The position numbers and the translations under genes were made by a program. The notes under the pieces were generated by a model. The model did not search any database. It was not told the origin of the DNA and was given only the letters and a program-made list of their open reading frames with translations. Below, piece after piece: positions 27,331-44,129 of a stretch of DNA of 64,000 nucleotides. The first letter of the stretch is position 1. Every line of letters starts with the position of its first letter. Source of the stretch: Eledone cirrhosa (taxonomy: Eukaryota); the NCBI GenBank assembly GCA_964016885.1, contig OZ024744.1:43214001-43278000 (forward strand). The letters are read 5' to 3'.

Positions 27331-29070
27331 ATATATATTTATATATAGAGAGAATGGATAAATTACTGAATAACTTATTAGATGATGTTCAAACTATAAC
27401 TTACCCTTTTTAGTTGATTTTGCCTCCATTGAAGCAATGCGAGGGGACTGTGTAATATGGTCACCTAGAATATATAAACAAAATCATAGTAAACCTACAT
27501 GTATATATACAAATAACATTACAAATACAGGAAACAGTTATTAGATTTATTATCTCTGATATATACATATATACACCAGGTCCAAACATATATGGACCAA
27601 ACTCCTACTGCCACTGCCATTTATATATATATATTTATATATAGTGAAAGGATTCAGGACGCCAACTACTTAGATCCGTAAATATACATTTACTACTAAA
27701 TTTTCTATAATCATGGCAACAGTCCTAATAAAGCAAATTTATTCTTACATACACACACACAGAGATTGCACACTCACAAACTCACACTCACACAAACACA
27801 AACAGGGCTCACACACACTCAAAAAAGCATCACAGGTGAAACACACCCAAACAGGTACACAATGAATTAATATACAACCCAATATACCTATATGTATACA
27901 TCAACATACACATAATACCAACATCACTTCACTTATATATGTACACACAATTTTATTCAATGCGTCCACCTAACACATTACATAAACTTAGAATGTATAC
28001 AGATATACAATATAACGTCAATTTGATATTAATGTTGAAACACGTGTAATAGTTTTCTGTACTAACTGGTAGGAATCGGTTTGAAATACAACTTACTTTC
28101 TTTTGATCCACCTCTTATGTGTGTGCCTGAGTCAGAGACAAGGATCTCTACAGGAGTCACACCTGGAAAAATATACAGAAGAAAAGAATAATAAAAGCTA
28201 GAAGGCTTTCTTGAGAAGAGTTTGTTGTCAAGTTGAAGAAAGGGTAGAATGAGTTGTCATTTGTTTAATCAACTAGATCAAATTATACGGTTTGTTCTCT
28301 CAAGGACATGCTTACTTTTCCCACAAATCTAAAACTTACAAAAGGAGTAAAGTGTGGTTAGTCTTGAATTATGAGAGAAACATTCTACAGTTTCCTACTG
28401 GTCCTTAAAATCAGATTTATATAGTGGTTTACCAAATATTTAGGGTACTGGCAGATGTAGTGGAGAAGAGGATGCAGCATATGAACAATGAAGGGTGACA
28501 AGAAATTGTGAAGAACTGTAGGATAAAATTTGATAAAGAAGAGAATACTGATCTCTGAAATAATTCAATCTAACTCAATGAATCTAGTGTAACATTTATC
28601 TTCTCATTTGAATCACATGTAATGTCATTCTTTCTCAGTTATCTCTGATAATGCCCTAAAAAAGTCTAGCTATACTTTTGTCATCATTAAAAGGTCTTTG
28701 AGGAAGTCAATAAAATGTTTATTCTGGATTATTTTATGGAGGTTGTAATAGAGAGTTTGATATTGTTGACTGAATTAAGTAGTTATAAATTTACTGTTGA
28801 AAACCTAAATAAGTTACTGAATAACTTATTACATGATGTTTAAATTATAACTTACGCTTTTGAGAAGTTTCAGGCTTCATTGCAGCACTGGGAGGGTACA
28901 CGGTAATATGGTCACCTAGAATATATAAACAACATCATAGTAAACCTACATGTATATATATAAAAAACATTACAAATACATGGAATCAGTTATTAGATTG
29001 ATTATCTCTGATATATAGATATATACACCAGGTGCAAAGACATATGGACCAAACTCCCACTGTCCCTCGC

Positions 29071-29129
<59 letters not shown>

Positions 29130-30867
29130 GAGAGAATGGATAAATTACTGAATAACTTATTAGATGATGTTCAAACTATAACTTACCCTTTTTAGTTGAT
29201 TTTGCCTCCATTGAAGCAATGCGAGGGGACTGTGTAATATGGTCACCTAGAATATATAAACAAAATCATAGTAAACCTACATGTATATATACAAATAACA
29301 TTACAAATACAGGAAACAGTTATTAGATTTATTATCTCTGATATATACATATATACACCAGGTCCAAACATATATGGACCAAACTCCCACTGCCACTGCC
29401 ATTTATATATATATATTTATATATAGTGAAAGGATTCAGGACGCCAACTACTTAGATCCGTAAATATACATTTACTACTAAATTTTCTATAATCATGGCA
29501 ACAGTCCTAATAAAGCAAATTTATTCTTACATACACACGCACAGAGATTGCACACACACAAACTCACACTCACACAAACACAAACAGAGCTCACACACAC
29601 TCAAAAAAGCATCACCGGTGAAACACACCCAAACAGGTACACAATGAATTAATATACAACCCAATATACCTATATGTATACATCAACATACACATAATAC
29701 CAACATCACTTCACTTATATATGTACACACAATTTTATTCAATAGGTCCACCATACACATTACATAAACTTAGAATGTATACAAATATACAATATAACGT
29801 CAATTTGATATAATGTTGAAATATGTGTAATAGTTTTCTGTACTAACTGGTAGGAATGGGTTTGAAATATAACTTACTTTCTTTTGATCCACCTCTTATG
29901 TGTGTGCCTGAGTCAGAGACAAGGATCTCTACAGGAGTCACACCTGGAAAAAATATACAGAAGAAAAGAATAATAAAAGCTAGAAGGCTTTCTTGAGAAG
30001 AGTTTGTTGTCAAGTTGAAGAAAGGGTAGAATGAGTTGTCATTTGTTTAATCAACTAGATCAAATTATACGGTTTGATCTCTCAAGGACATGCTTACTTT
30101 TCCCACAAATCTAAAACTTCCAAAAAGAGTAAAGTGTGGTTAGTCATATTTGGGATGTCTTGAATTATGAGAGAAACATTCTACAGTTTCCTACTGGTCC
30201 TTAAAATCAGATTTATATAGTGGTTTACCAAATATTTAGGGTACTGGCAGATGTAGTGGAGAAGAGGATGCAGCATATGAACAATGAAGGGTGACAAGAA
30301 ATTGTGAAGAACTGTAGGATAAAATCTTGATAAAGAAGAGAATACTGATCTCTGAAATAATTCAATCTAACTCAATGAATCTAGTGTAACATTTATCTTC
30401 TCATTTGAATCACATGTAATGTCATTCTTTCTCAGCTATCTCTGATAATGCCCTAAAAAAGTCTAGCTATACTTTTGTCATCATTACAAGGTCTTTGAGA
30501 AAGTCAATAAAATGTTTATTCTGGATTATTTTATGGAGGTTGTAATAGAGAGTTTGATATTGTTGACTGAATTAAGTAGTTATAAATTTACTGTTGAAAA
30601 CCTAAATAAGTTACTGAATAACTTATTACATGATGTTTAAATTATAACTTACGCTTTTGAGAAGTTTCAGGCTTCATTGCAGCACTGGGAGGGTACACGG
30701 TAATATGGTCACCTAGAATATATAAACAACATCATAGTAAACCTACATGTATATATATAAAAAACATTACAAATACATGGAATCAGTTATTAGATTGATT
30801 ATCTCTGATATATAGATATATACACCAGGTGCAAAGACATATGGACCAAACTCCCACTGTCCCTCGC

Positions 30868-30920
<53 letters not shown>

Positions 30921-33373
30921 AAAACAAATAACGAAACGAAATTAAATTTCGTTTCGTTTGTAACTCACTTTTGTATGACTGACGCTTAAACAATTAAGTT
31001 AAAAATGTACATCCACATATGTATACTGAAATACTAGTATGCATATGAATACACACACGTGTACATATGTAGATGTACCGAGTTTTTCACTGGACACTTT
31101 ACTGTGAGTGTCCAGCTATTCTGTATGTAAACACACAGACAAACCGGTTTTTAGAGTCATACTGGTTTTCGAGGAAACACCTTTCCTCTATTCTGCAGAA
31201 AGCCAGACAAGGAATATTGGACTAGTTTCGATGTTGTTACATCTCATCAGCAATATTTACCTATCTTCCGGCCTTTCTAGAGAATCGTAAAAGCACATAT
31301 CGTTATATGCTTTTTCTATGAAAATTAGTAGTGGGCAGACTAATTTGCATAGAGCGTGAGTACGTACCGGTTCAGCGGAGACGATAAAAACAAATAACGA
31401 AACGAAATTAAATTTTGTTTCGTTTGTAACTCACTTTTGTATGACTGACGCTTAAACAATTAAGTTAAAAATGTACATCCACATATGTATACTGAAATAC
31501 TAGTATGCATATGAATACACACACGTGTACATATGTAGATGTACCGAGTTTTTCACTGGACACTTTACTGTGAGTGTCCAGCTATTCTGTATGTAAACAC
31601 ACAGACAAACCGGTTTTTATATATATTTATATATAGAGAGAATGGATAAATTACTGAATAACTTATTAGATGATGTTCAAACTATAACTTACCCTTTTTA
31701 GTTGATTTTGGCTCCATTGAAGCAATGCAAGGGGACTGTGTAATATGGTCACCTAGAATATATAAACAAAATCATAGTAAACCTACATGTATATATACAA
31801 ATAACATTACAAATACAGGAAACAGTTATTAGATTCATTATCTCTGATATATACATATATACACCAGGTCCAAACATATATGGACCAAACTCCCACTGCC
31901 ACTGCCATTTATATATATATATTTATATATAGTGAAAGGATTCAGGACGCCAACTACTTAGATCCGTAAATATACATTTACTACTAAATTTTCTATAATC
32001 ATGGCAACAGTCCTAATAAAGCAAATTTATTCTTACATACACACGCACAGAGATTGCACACACACAAACTCACACTCACACAAACACAAACAGAGCTCAC
32101 ACACACTCAAAAAAGCATCACCGGTGAAACACACCCAAACAGGTACACAATGAATTAATATACAACCCAATATACCTATATGTATACATCAACATACACA
32201 TAATACCAACATCACTTCACTTATATATGTACACACAATTTTATTCAATAGGTCCACCATACACATTACATAAACTTAGAATGTATACAAATATACAATA
32301 TAACGTCAATTTGATATAATGTTGAAATATGTGTAATAGTTTTCTGTACTAACTGGTAGGAATGGGTTTGAAATATAACTTACTTTCTTTTGATCCACCT
32401 CTTATGTGTGTGCCTGAGTCAGAGACAAGGATCTCTACAGGAGTCACACCTGGAAAAAATATACAGAAGAAAAGAATAATAAAAGCTAGAAGGCTTTCTT
32501 GAGAAGAGTTTGTTGTCAAGTTGAAGAAAGGGTAGAATGAGTTGTCATTTGTTTAATCAACTAGATCAAATTATACGGTTTGATCTCTCAAGGACATGCT
32601 TACTTTTCCCACAAATCTAAAACTTCCAAAAAGAGTAAAGTGTGGTTAGTCATATTTGGGATGTCTTGAATTATGAGAGAAACATTCTACAGTTTCCTAC
32701 TGGTCCTTAAAATCAGATTTATATAGTGGTTTACCAAATATTTAGGGTACTGGCAGATGTAGTGGAGAAGAGGATGCAGCATATGAACAATGAAAGGTGA
32801 CAAGAAATTGTGAAGAACTGTAGGATAAAATCTTGATAAAGAAGAGAATACTGATCTCTGAAATAATTCAAACTACCTCAATGAATCTTGTGCAACATTT
32901 ATCTTCTCATTTGAATCACATGTAATGTCATTCATTCTCAGCTATCTCTGATAATGCCCTAAAAAAGTCTAGTTATAATTTTGTCATCATTAAAAGGTCT
33001 TTGAGGAAGTCAATAAAATGTTTATTCTGGATTATTTTATGGAGGTTGTAATAGAGAGTTTGATATTGTTGACTGAATTAAGTAGTTATGAATTTACTGT
33101 TGAAAACCTAAATAAGTTACTGAATAACTTATTACATGATGTTTAAATTATAACTTACTCTTTTGAGTAGTTTCAGACTTCATTGCAGCACTGGGAGGGT
33201 ACACGGTAATATGGTCACCTAGAATATATAAACAACATCATAGTAAACCTACATGTATATATATAAAAAACATTACAAATACATGGAATCAGTTATTAGA
33301 TTGATTATCTCTGATATATAGATATATACACCAGGTGCAAAGACATATGGACCAAACTCCCACTGTCCCTCGC

Positions 33374-33407
<34 letters not shown>

Positions 33408-35162
33408 ATATATATTTATATATAGAGAGAATGGATAAATTACTGAATAACTTATTAGATGATGTTCAAACTATAACTTACCCTTTTTAGTTGATTTTGC
33501 CTCCATTGAAGCAATGCGAGGGGACTGTGTAATATGGTCACCTAGAATATATAAACAAAATCATAGTAAACCTACATGTATATATACAAATAACATTACA
33601 AATACAGGAAACAGTTATTAGATTTATTATCTCTGATATATACATATATACACCAGGTCCAAACATATATGGACCAAACTCCTACTGCCACTGCCATTTA
33701 TATATATATATTTATATATAGTGAAAGGATTCAGGACGCCAACTACTTAGATCCGTAAATATACATTTACTACTAAATTTTCTATAATCATGGCAACAGT
33801 CCTAATAAAGCAAATTTATTCTTACATACACACACACAGAGATTGCACACTCACAAACTCACACTCACACAAACACAAACAGGGCTCACACACACTCAAA
33901 AAAGCATCACCGGTGAAACACACCCAAACAGGTACACAATGAATTAATATACAACCCAATATACCTATATGTATACATCAACATACACATAATACCAACA
34001 TCACTTCACTTATATATGTACACACAATTTTATTCAATGGGTCCACCTAACACATTACATAAACTTAGAATGTATACAGATATACAATATAACGTCAATT
34101 TGATATTAATGTTGAAACACGTGTAATAGTTTTCTGTACTAACTGGTAGGAATCGGTTTGAAATACAACTTACTTTCTTTTGATCCACCTCTTATGTGTG
34201 TGCCTGAGTCAGAGACAAGGATCTCTACAGGAGTCACACCTGGAAAAATATACAGAAGAAAAGAATAATAAAAGCTAGAAGGCTTTCTTGAGAAGAGTTT
34301 GTTGTCAAGTTGAAGAAAGGGTAGAATGAGTTGTCATTTGTTTAATCAACTAGATCAAATTATACGGTTTGATCTCTCAAGGACATGCTTACTTTTCCCA
34401 CAAATCTAAAACTTCCAAAAAGAGTAAAGTGTGGTTAGTCATATTTGGGATGTCTTGAATTATGAGAGAAACATTCTACAGTTTCCTACTGGTCCTTAAA
34501 ATCAGATTTATATAGTGGTTTACCAAATATTTAGGGTACTGGCAGATGTAGTGGAGAAGAGGATGCAGCATATGAACAATGAAGGGTGACAAGAAATTGT
34601 GAAGAACTGTAGGATAAAATCTTGATAAAGAAGAGAATACTGATCTCTGAAATAATTCAAACTACCTCAATGAATCTTGTGCAACATTTATCTTCTCATT
34701 TGAATCACATGTAATGTCATTCATTCTCAGCTATCTCTGATAATGCCCTAAAAAAGTCTAGTTATAATTTTGTCATCATTAAAAGGTCTTTGAGGAAGTC
34801 AATAAAATGTTTATTCTGGATTATTTTATGGAGGTTGTAATAGAGAGTTTGATATTGTTGACTGAATTAAGTAGTTATGAATTTACTGTTGAAAACCTAA
34901 ATAAGTTACTGAATAACTTATTACATGATGTTTAAATTATAACTTACTCTTTTGAGTAGTTTCAGACTTCATTGCAGCACTGGGAGGGTACACGGTAATA
35001 TGGTCACCTAGAATATATAAACAACATCATAGTAAACCTACATGTATATATATAAAAAACATTACAAATACATGGAATCAGTTATTAGATTGATTATCTC
35101 TGATATATAGATATATACACCAGGTGCAAAGACATATGGACCAAACTCCCACTGTCCCTCGC

Positions 35163-35196
<34 letters not shown>

Positions 35197-36936
35197 ATAT
35201 ATATTTATATATAGAGAGAATGGATAAATTACTGAATAACTTATTAGATGATGTTCAAACTATAACTTACCCTTTTTAGTTGATTTTGCCTCCATTGAAG
35301 CAATGCGAGGGGACTGTGTAATATGGTCACCTAGAATATATAAACAAAATCATAGTAAACCTACATGTATATATACAAATAACATTACAAATACAGGAAA
35401 CAGTTATTAGATTTATTATCTCTGATATATACATATATACACCAGGTCCAAACATATATGGACCAAACTCCTACTGCCACTGCCATTTATATATATATAT
35501 TTATATATAGTGAAAGGATTCAGGACGCCAACTACTTAGATCCGTAAATATACATTTACTACTAAATTTTCTATAATCATGGCAACAGTCCTAATAAAGC
35601 AAATTTATTCTTACATACACACACACAGAGATTGCACACTCACAAACTCACACTCACACAAACACAAACAGGGCTCACACACACTCAAAAAAGCATCACA
35701 GGTGAAACACACCCAAACAGGTACACAATGAATTAATATACAACCCAATATACCTATATGTATACATCAACATACACATAATACCAACATCACTTCACTT
35801 ATATATGTACACACAATTTTATTCAATGCGTCCACCTAACACATTACATAAACTTAGAATGTATACAGATATACAATATAACGTCAATTTGATATTAATG
35901 TTGAAACACGTGTAATAGTTTTCTGTACTAACTGGTAGGAATCGGTTTGAAATACAACTTACTTTCTTTTGATCCACCTCTTATGTGTGTGCCTGAGTCA
36001 GAGACAAGGATCTCTACAGGAGTCACACCTGGAAAAATATACAGAAGAAAAGAATAATAAAAGCTAGAAGGCTTTCTTGAGAAGAGTTTGTTGTCAAGTT
36101 GAAGAAAGGGTAGAATGAGTTGTCATTTGTTTAATCAACTAGATCAAATTATACGGTTTCTTCTCTCAAGGACATGCTTACTTTTCCCACAAATCTAAAA
36201 CTTACAAAAGGAGTAAAGTGTGGTTAGTCTTGAATTATGAGAGAAACATTCTACAGTTTCCTACTGGTCCTTAAAATCAGATTTATATAGTGGTTTACCA
36301 AATATTTAGGGTACTGGCAGATGTAGTGGAGAAGAGGATGCAGCATATGAACAATGAAGGGTGACAAGAAATTGTGAAGAACTGTAGGATAAAATTTGAT
36401 AAAGAAGAGAATACTGATCTCTGAAATAATTCAATCTAACTCAATGAATCTAGTGTAACATTTATCTTCTCATTTGAATCACATGTAATGTCATTCTTTC
36501 TCAGTTATCTCTGATAATGCCCTAAAAAAGTCTAGCTATACTTTTGTCATCATTAAAAGGTCTTTGAGGAAGTCAATAAAATGTTTATTCTGGATTATTT
36601 TATGGAGGTTGTAATAGAGAGTTTGATATTGTTGACTGAATTAAGTAGTTATAAATTTACTGTTGAAAACCTAAATAAGTTACTGAATAACTTATTACAT
36701 GATGTTTAAATTATAACTTACGCTTTTGAGAAGTTTCAGGCTTCATTGCAGCACTGGGAGGGTACACGGTAATATGGTCACCTAGAATATATAAACAACA
36801 TCATAGTAAACCTACATGTATATATATAAAAAACATTACAAATACATGGAATCAGTTATTAGATTGATTATCTCTGATATATAGATATATACACCAGGTG
36901 CAAAGACATATGGACCAAACTCCCACTGTCCCTCGC

Positions 36937-36999
<63 letters not shown>

Positions 37000-38723
37000 G
37001 AGAGAATGGATAAATTACTGAATAACTTATTAGATGATGTTCAAACTATAACTTACCCTTTTTAGTTGATTTTGCCTCCATTGAAGCAATGCGAGGGGAC
37101 TGTGTAATATGGTCACCTAGAATATATAAACAAAATCATAGTAAACCTACATGTATATATACAAATAACATTACAAATACAGGAAACAGTTATTAGATTT
37201 ATTATCTCTGATATATACATATATACACCAGGTCCAAACATATATGGACCAAACTCCTACTGCCACTGCCATTTATATATATATATTTATATATAGTGAA
37301 AGGATTCAGGACGCCAACTACTTAGATCCGTAAATATACATTTACTACTAAATTTTCTATAATCATGGCAACAGTCCTAATAAAGCAAATTTATTCTTAC
37401 ATACACACACACAGAGATTGCACACTCACAAACTCACACTCACACAAACACAAACAGGGCTCACACACACTCAAAAAAGCATCACCGGTGAAACACACCC
37501 AAACAGGTACACAATGAATTAATATACAACCCAATATACCTATATGTATACATCAACATACACATAATACCAACATCACTTCACTTATATATGTACACAC
37601 AATTTTATTCAATGGGTCCACCTAACACATTACATAAACTTAGAATGTATACAGATATACAATATAACGTCAATTTGATATTAATGTTGAAACACGTGTA
37701 ATAGTTTTCTGTACTAACTGGTAGGAATCGGTTTGAAATACAACTTACTTTCTTTTGATCCACCTCTTATGTGTGTGCCTGAGTCAGAGACAAGGATCTC
37801 TACAGGAGTCACACCTGGAAAAATATACAGAAGAAAAGAATAATAAAAGCTAGAAGGCTTTCTTGAGAAGAGTTTGTTGTCAAGTTGAAGAAAGGGTAGA
37901 ATGAGTTGTCATTTGTTTAATCAACTAGATCAAATTATACGGTTTCTTCTCTCAAGGACATGCTTACTTTTCCCACAAATCTAAAACTTACAAAAGGAGT
38001 AAAGTGTGGTTAGTCTTGAATTATGAGAGAAACATTCTACAGTTTCCTACTGGTCCTTAAAATCAGATTTATATAGTGGTTTACCAAATATTTAGGGTAC
38101 TGGCAGATGTAGTGGAGAAGAGGATGCAGCATATGAACAATGAAGGGTGACAAGAAATTGTGAAGAACTGTAGGATAAAATCTTGATAAAGAAGAGAATA
38201 CTGATCTCTGAAATAATTCAATCTAACTCAATGAATCTAGTGTAACATTTATCTTCTCATTTGAATCACATGTAATGTCATTCTTTCTCAGTTATCTCTG
38301 ATAATGCCCTAAAAAAGTCTAGCTATACTTTTGTCATCATTAAAAGGTCTTTGAGGAAGTCAATAAAATGTTTATTCTGGATTATTTTATGGAGGTTGTA
38401 ATAGAGAGTTTGATATTGTTGACTGAATTAAGTAGTTATAAATTTACTGTTGAAAACCTAAATAAGTTACTGAATAACTTATTACATGATGTTTAAATTA
38501 TAACTTACGCTTTTGAGAAGTTTCAGGCTTCATTGCAGCACTGGGAGGGTACACGGTAATATGGTCACCTAGAATATATAAATAACATCATAGTAAACCT
38601 ACATGTATATATATAAAAAACATTACAAATACATGGAATCAGTTATTAGATTGATTATCTCTGATATATAGATATATACACCAGGTGCAAAGACATATGG
38701 ACCAAACTCCCACTGTCCCTCGC

Positions 38724-38788
<65 letters not shown>

Positions 38789-41700
38789 GAGAGAATGGAT
38801 AAATTACTGAATAACTTATTAGATGATGTTCAAACTATAACTTACCCTTTTTAGTTGATTTTGCCTCCATTGAAGCAATGCGAGGGGACTGTGTAATATG
38901 GTCACCTAGAATATATAAACAAAATCATAGTAAACCTACATGTATATATACAAATAACATTACAAATACAGGAAACAGTTATTAGATTTATTATCTCTGA
39001 TATATACATATATACACCAGGTCCAAACATATATGGACCAAACTCCTACTGCCACTGCCATTTATATATATATATTTATATATAGTGAAAGGATTCAGGA
39101 CGCCAACTACTTAGATCCGTAAATATACATTTACTACTAAATTTTCTATAATCATGGCAACAGTCCTAATAAAGCAAATTTATTCTTACATACACACACA
39201 CAGAGATTGCACACTCACAAACTCACACTCACACAAACACAAACAGGGCTCACACACACTCAAAAAAGCATCACCGGTGAAACACACCCAAACAGGTACA
39301 CAATGAATTAATATACAACCCAATATACCTATATGTATACATCAACATACACATAATACCAACATCACTTCACTTATATATGTACACACAATTTTATTCA
39401 ATGGGTCCACCTAACACATTACATAAACTTAGAATGTATACAGATATACAATATAACGTCAATTTGATATTAATGTTGAAACACGTGTAATAGTTTTCTG
39501 TACTAACTGGTAGGAATCGGTTTGAAATACAACTTACTTTCTTTTGATCCACTTCTTATGTGTGTGCCTGAGTCAGAGACAAGGATCTCTACAGGAGTCA
39601 CACCTGGAAAAATATACAGAAGAAAAGAATAATAAAAGCTAGAAGGCTTTCTTGAGAAGAGTTTGTTGTCAAGTTGAAGAAAGGGTAGAATGAGTTGTCA
39701 TTTGTTTAATCAACTAGATCAAATTATACGGTTTCTTCTCTCAAGGACATGCTTACTTTTCCCACAAATCTAAAACTTACAAAAGGAGTAAAGTGTGGTT
39801 AGTCTTGAATTATGAGAGAAACATTCTACAGTTTCCTACTGGTCCTTAAAATCAGATTTATATAGTGGTTTACCAAATATTTAGGGTACTGGCAGATGTA
39901 GTGGAGAAGAGGATGCAGCATATGAACAATGAAGGGTGACAAGAAATTGTGAAGAACTGTAGGATAAAATTTGATAAAGAAGAGAATACTGATCTCTGAA
40001 ATAATTCAATCTAACTCAATGAATCTAGTGTAACATTTATCTTCTCATTTGAATCACATGTAATGTCATTCTTTCTCAGTTATCTCTGATAATGCCCTAA
40101 AAAAGTCTAGCTATACTTTTGTCATCATTAAAAGGTCTTTGAGGAAGTCAATAAAATGTTTATTCTGGATTATTTTATGGAGGTTGTAATAGAGAGTTTG
40201 ATATTGTTGACTGAATTAAGTAGTTATAAATTTACTGTTGAAAACCTAAATAAGTTACTGAATAACTTATTACATGATGTTTAAATTATAACTTACGCTT
40301 TTGAGAAGTTTCAGGCTTCATTGCAGCACTGGGAGGGTACACGGTAATATGGTCACCTAGAATATATAAACAACATCATAGTAAACCTACATGTATATAT
40401 ATAAAAAACATTACAAATACATGGAATCAGTTATTAGATTGATTATCTCTGATATATAGATATATACACCAGGTGCAAAGACATATGGACCAAACTCCCA
40501 CTGTCCCTCGCATATATATATATATATTTATATATATATATATATTTATATATAGAGAGAATGGATAAATTACTGAATAACTTATTAGATGATGTTCAAA
40601 CTATAACTTACCCTTTTTAGTTGATTTTGCCTCCATTGAAGCAATGCGAGGGGACTGTGTAATATGGTCACCTAGAATATATAAACAAAATCATAGTAAA
40701 CCTACATGTATATATACAAATAACATTACAAATACAGGAAACAGTTATTAGATTTATTATCTCTGATATATACATATATACACCAGGTCCAAACATATAT
40801 GGACCAAACTCCTACTGCCACTGCCATTTATATATATATATTTATATATAGTGAAAGGATTCAGGACGCCAACTACTTAGATCCGTAAATATACATTTAC
40901 TACTAAATTTTCTATAATCATGGCAACAGTCCTAATAAAGCAAATTTATTCTTACATACACACACACAGAGATTGCACACTCACAAACTCACACTCACAC
41001 AAACACAAACAGGGCTCACACACACTCAAAAAAGCATCACCGGTGAAACACACCCAAACAGGTACACAATGAATTAATATACAACCCAATATACCTATAT
41101 GTATACATCAACATACACATAATACCAACATCACTTCACTTATATATGTACACACAATTTTATTCAATGCGTCCACCTAACACATTACATAAACTTAGAA
41201 TGTATACAGATATACAATATAACGTCAATTTGATATTAATGTTGAAACACGTGTAATAGTTTTCTGTACTAACTGGTAGGAATCGGTTTGAAATACAACT
41301 TACTTTCTTTTGATCCACCTCTTATGTGTGTGCCTGAGTCAGAGACAAGGATCTCTACAGGAGTCACACCTGGAAAAATATACAGAAGAAAAGAATAATA
41401 AAAGCTAGAAGGCTTTCTTGAGAAGAGTTTGTTGTCAAGTTGAAGAAAGGGTAGAATGAGTTGTCATTTGTTTAATCAACTAGATCAAATTATACGGTTT
41501 GATCTCTCAAGGACATGCTTACTTTTCCCACAAATCTAAAACTTCCAAAAAGAGTAAAGTGTGGTTAGTCATATTTGGGATGTCTTGAATTATGAGAGAA
41601 ACATTCTACAGTTTCCTACTGGTCCTTAAAATCAGATTTATATAGTGGTTTACCAAATATTTAGGGTACTGGCAGATGTAGTGGAGAAGAGGATGCAGCA

Positions 41701-42292
41701 TATGAACAATGAAGGGTGACAAGAAATTGTGAAGAACTGTAGGATAAAATCTTGATAAAGAAGAGAATACTGATCTCTGAAATAATTCAAACTACCTCAA
41801 TGAATCTTGTGCAACATTTATCTTCTCATTTGAATCACATGTAATGTCATTCATTCTCAGCTATCTCTGATAATGCCCTAAAATAGTCTAGTTATAATTT
41901 TGTCATCATTAAAAGGTCTTTGAGGAAGTCAATAAAATGTTTATTCTGGATTATTTTATGGAGGTTGTAATAGAGAGTTTGATATTGTTGACTGAATTAA
42001 GTAGTTATGAATTTACTGTTGAAAACCTAAATAAGTTACTGAATAACTTATTACATGATGTTTAAATTATAACTTACTCTTTTGAGTAGTTTCAGACTTC
42101 ATTGCAGCACTGGGAGGGTACACGGTAATATGGTCACCTAGAATATATAAACAACATCATAGTAAACCTACATGTATATATATAAAAAACATTACAAATA
42201 CATGGAATCAGTTATTAGATTGATTATCTCTGATATATAGATATATACACCAGGTGCAAAGACATATGGACCAAACTCCCACTGTCCCTCGC

Positions 42293-42326
<34 letters not shown>

Positions 42327-44066
42327 ATATATATTTATATATAGAGAGAATGGATAAATTACTGAATAACTTATTAGATGATGTTCAAACTATAACTTAC
42401 CCTTTTTAGTTGATTTTGCCTCCATTGAAGCAATGCGAGGGGACTGTGTAATATGGTCACCTAGAATATATAAACAAAATCATAGTAAACCTACATGTAT
42501 ATATACAAATAACATTACAAATACAGGAAACAGTTATTAGATTTATTATCTCTGATATATACATATATACACCAGGTCCAAACATATATGGACCAAACTC
42601 CTACTGCCACTGCCATTTATATATATATATTTATATATAGTGAAAGGATTCAGGACGCCAACTACTTAGATCCGTAAATATACATTTACTACTAAATTTT
42701 CTATAATCATGGCAACAGTCCTAATAAAGCAAATTTATTCTTACATACACACACACAGAGATTGCACACTCACAAACTCACACTCACACAAACACAAACA
42801 GGGCTCACACACACTCAAAAAAGCATCACAGGTGAAACACACCCAAACAGGTACACAATGAATTAATATACAACCCAATATACCTATATGTATACATCAA
42901 CATACACATAATACCAACATCACTTCACTTATATATGTACACACAATTTTATTCAATGCGTCCACCTAACACATTACATAAACTTAGAATGTATACAGAT
43001 ATACAATATAACGTCAATTTGATATTAATGTTGAAACACGTGTAATAGTTTTCTGTACTAACTGGTAGGAATCGGTTTGAAATACAACTTACTTTCTTTT
43101 GATCCACCTCTTATGTGTGTGCCTGAGTCAGAGACAAGGATCTCTACAGGAGTCACACCTGGAAAAATATACAGAAGAAAAGAATAATAAAAGCTAGAAG
43201 GCTTTCTTGAGAAGAGTTTGTTGTCAAGTTGAAGAAAGGGTAGAATGAGTTGTCATTTGTTTAATCAACTAGATCAAATTATACGGTTTCTTCTCTCAAG
43301 GACATGCTTACTTTTCCCACAAATCTAAAACTTACAAAAGGAGTAAAGTGTGGTTAGTCTTGAATTATGAGAGAAACATTCTACAGTTTCCTACTGGTCC
43401 TTAAAATCAGATTTATATAGTGGTTTACCAAATATTTAGGGTACTGGCAGATGTAGTGGAGAAGAGGATGCAGCATATGAACAATGAAGGGTGACAAGAA
43501 ATTGTGAAGAACTGTAGGATAAAATTTGATAAAGAAGAGAATACTGATCTCTGAAATAATTCAATCTAACTCAATGAATCTAGTGTAACATTTATCTTCT
43601 CATTTGAATCACATGTAATGTCATTCTTTCTCAGTTATCTCTGATAATGCCCTAAAAAAGTCTAGCTATACTTTTGTCATCATTAAAAGGTCTTTGAGGA
43701 AGTCAATAAAATGTTTATTCTGGATTATTTTATGGAGGTTGTAATAGAGAGTTTGATATTGTTGACTGAATTAAGTAGTTATAAATTTACTGTTGAAAAC
43801 CTAAATAAGTTACTGAATAACTTATTACATGATGTTTAAATTATAACTTACGCTTTTGAGAAGTTTCAGGCTTCATTGCAGCACTGGGAGGGTACACGGT
43901 AATATGGTCACCTAGAATATATAAACAACATCATAGTAAACCTACATGTATATATATAAAAAACATTACAAATACATGGAATCAGTTATTAGATTGATTA
44001 TCTCTGATATATAGATATATACACCAGGTGCAAAGACATATGGACCAAACTCCCACTGTCCCTCGC

Positions 44067-44129
<63 letters not shown>

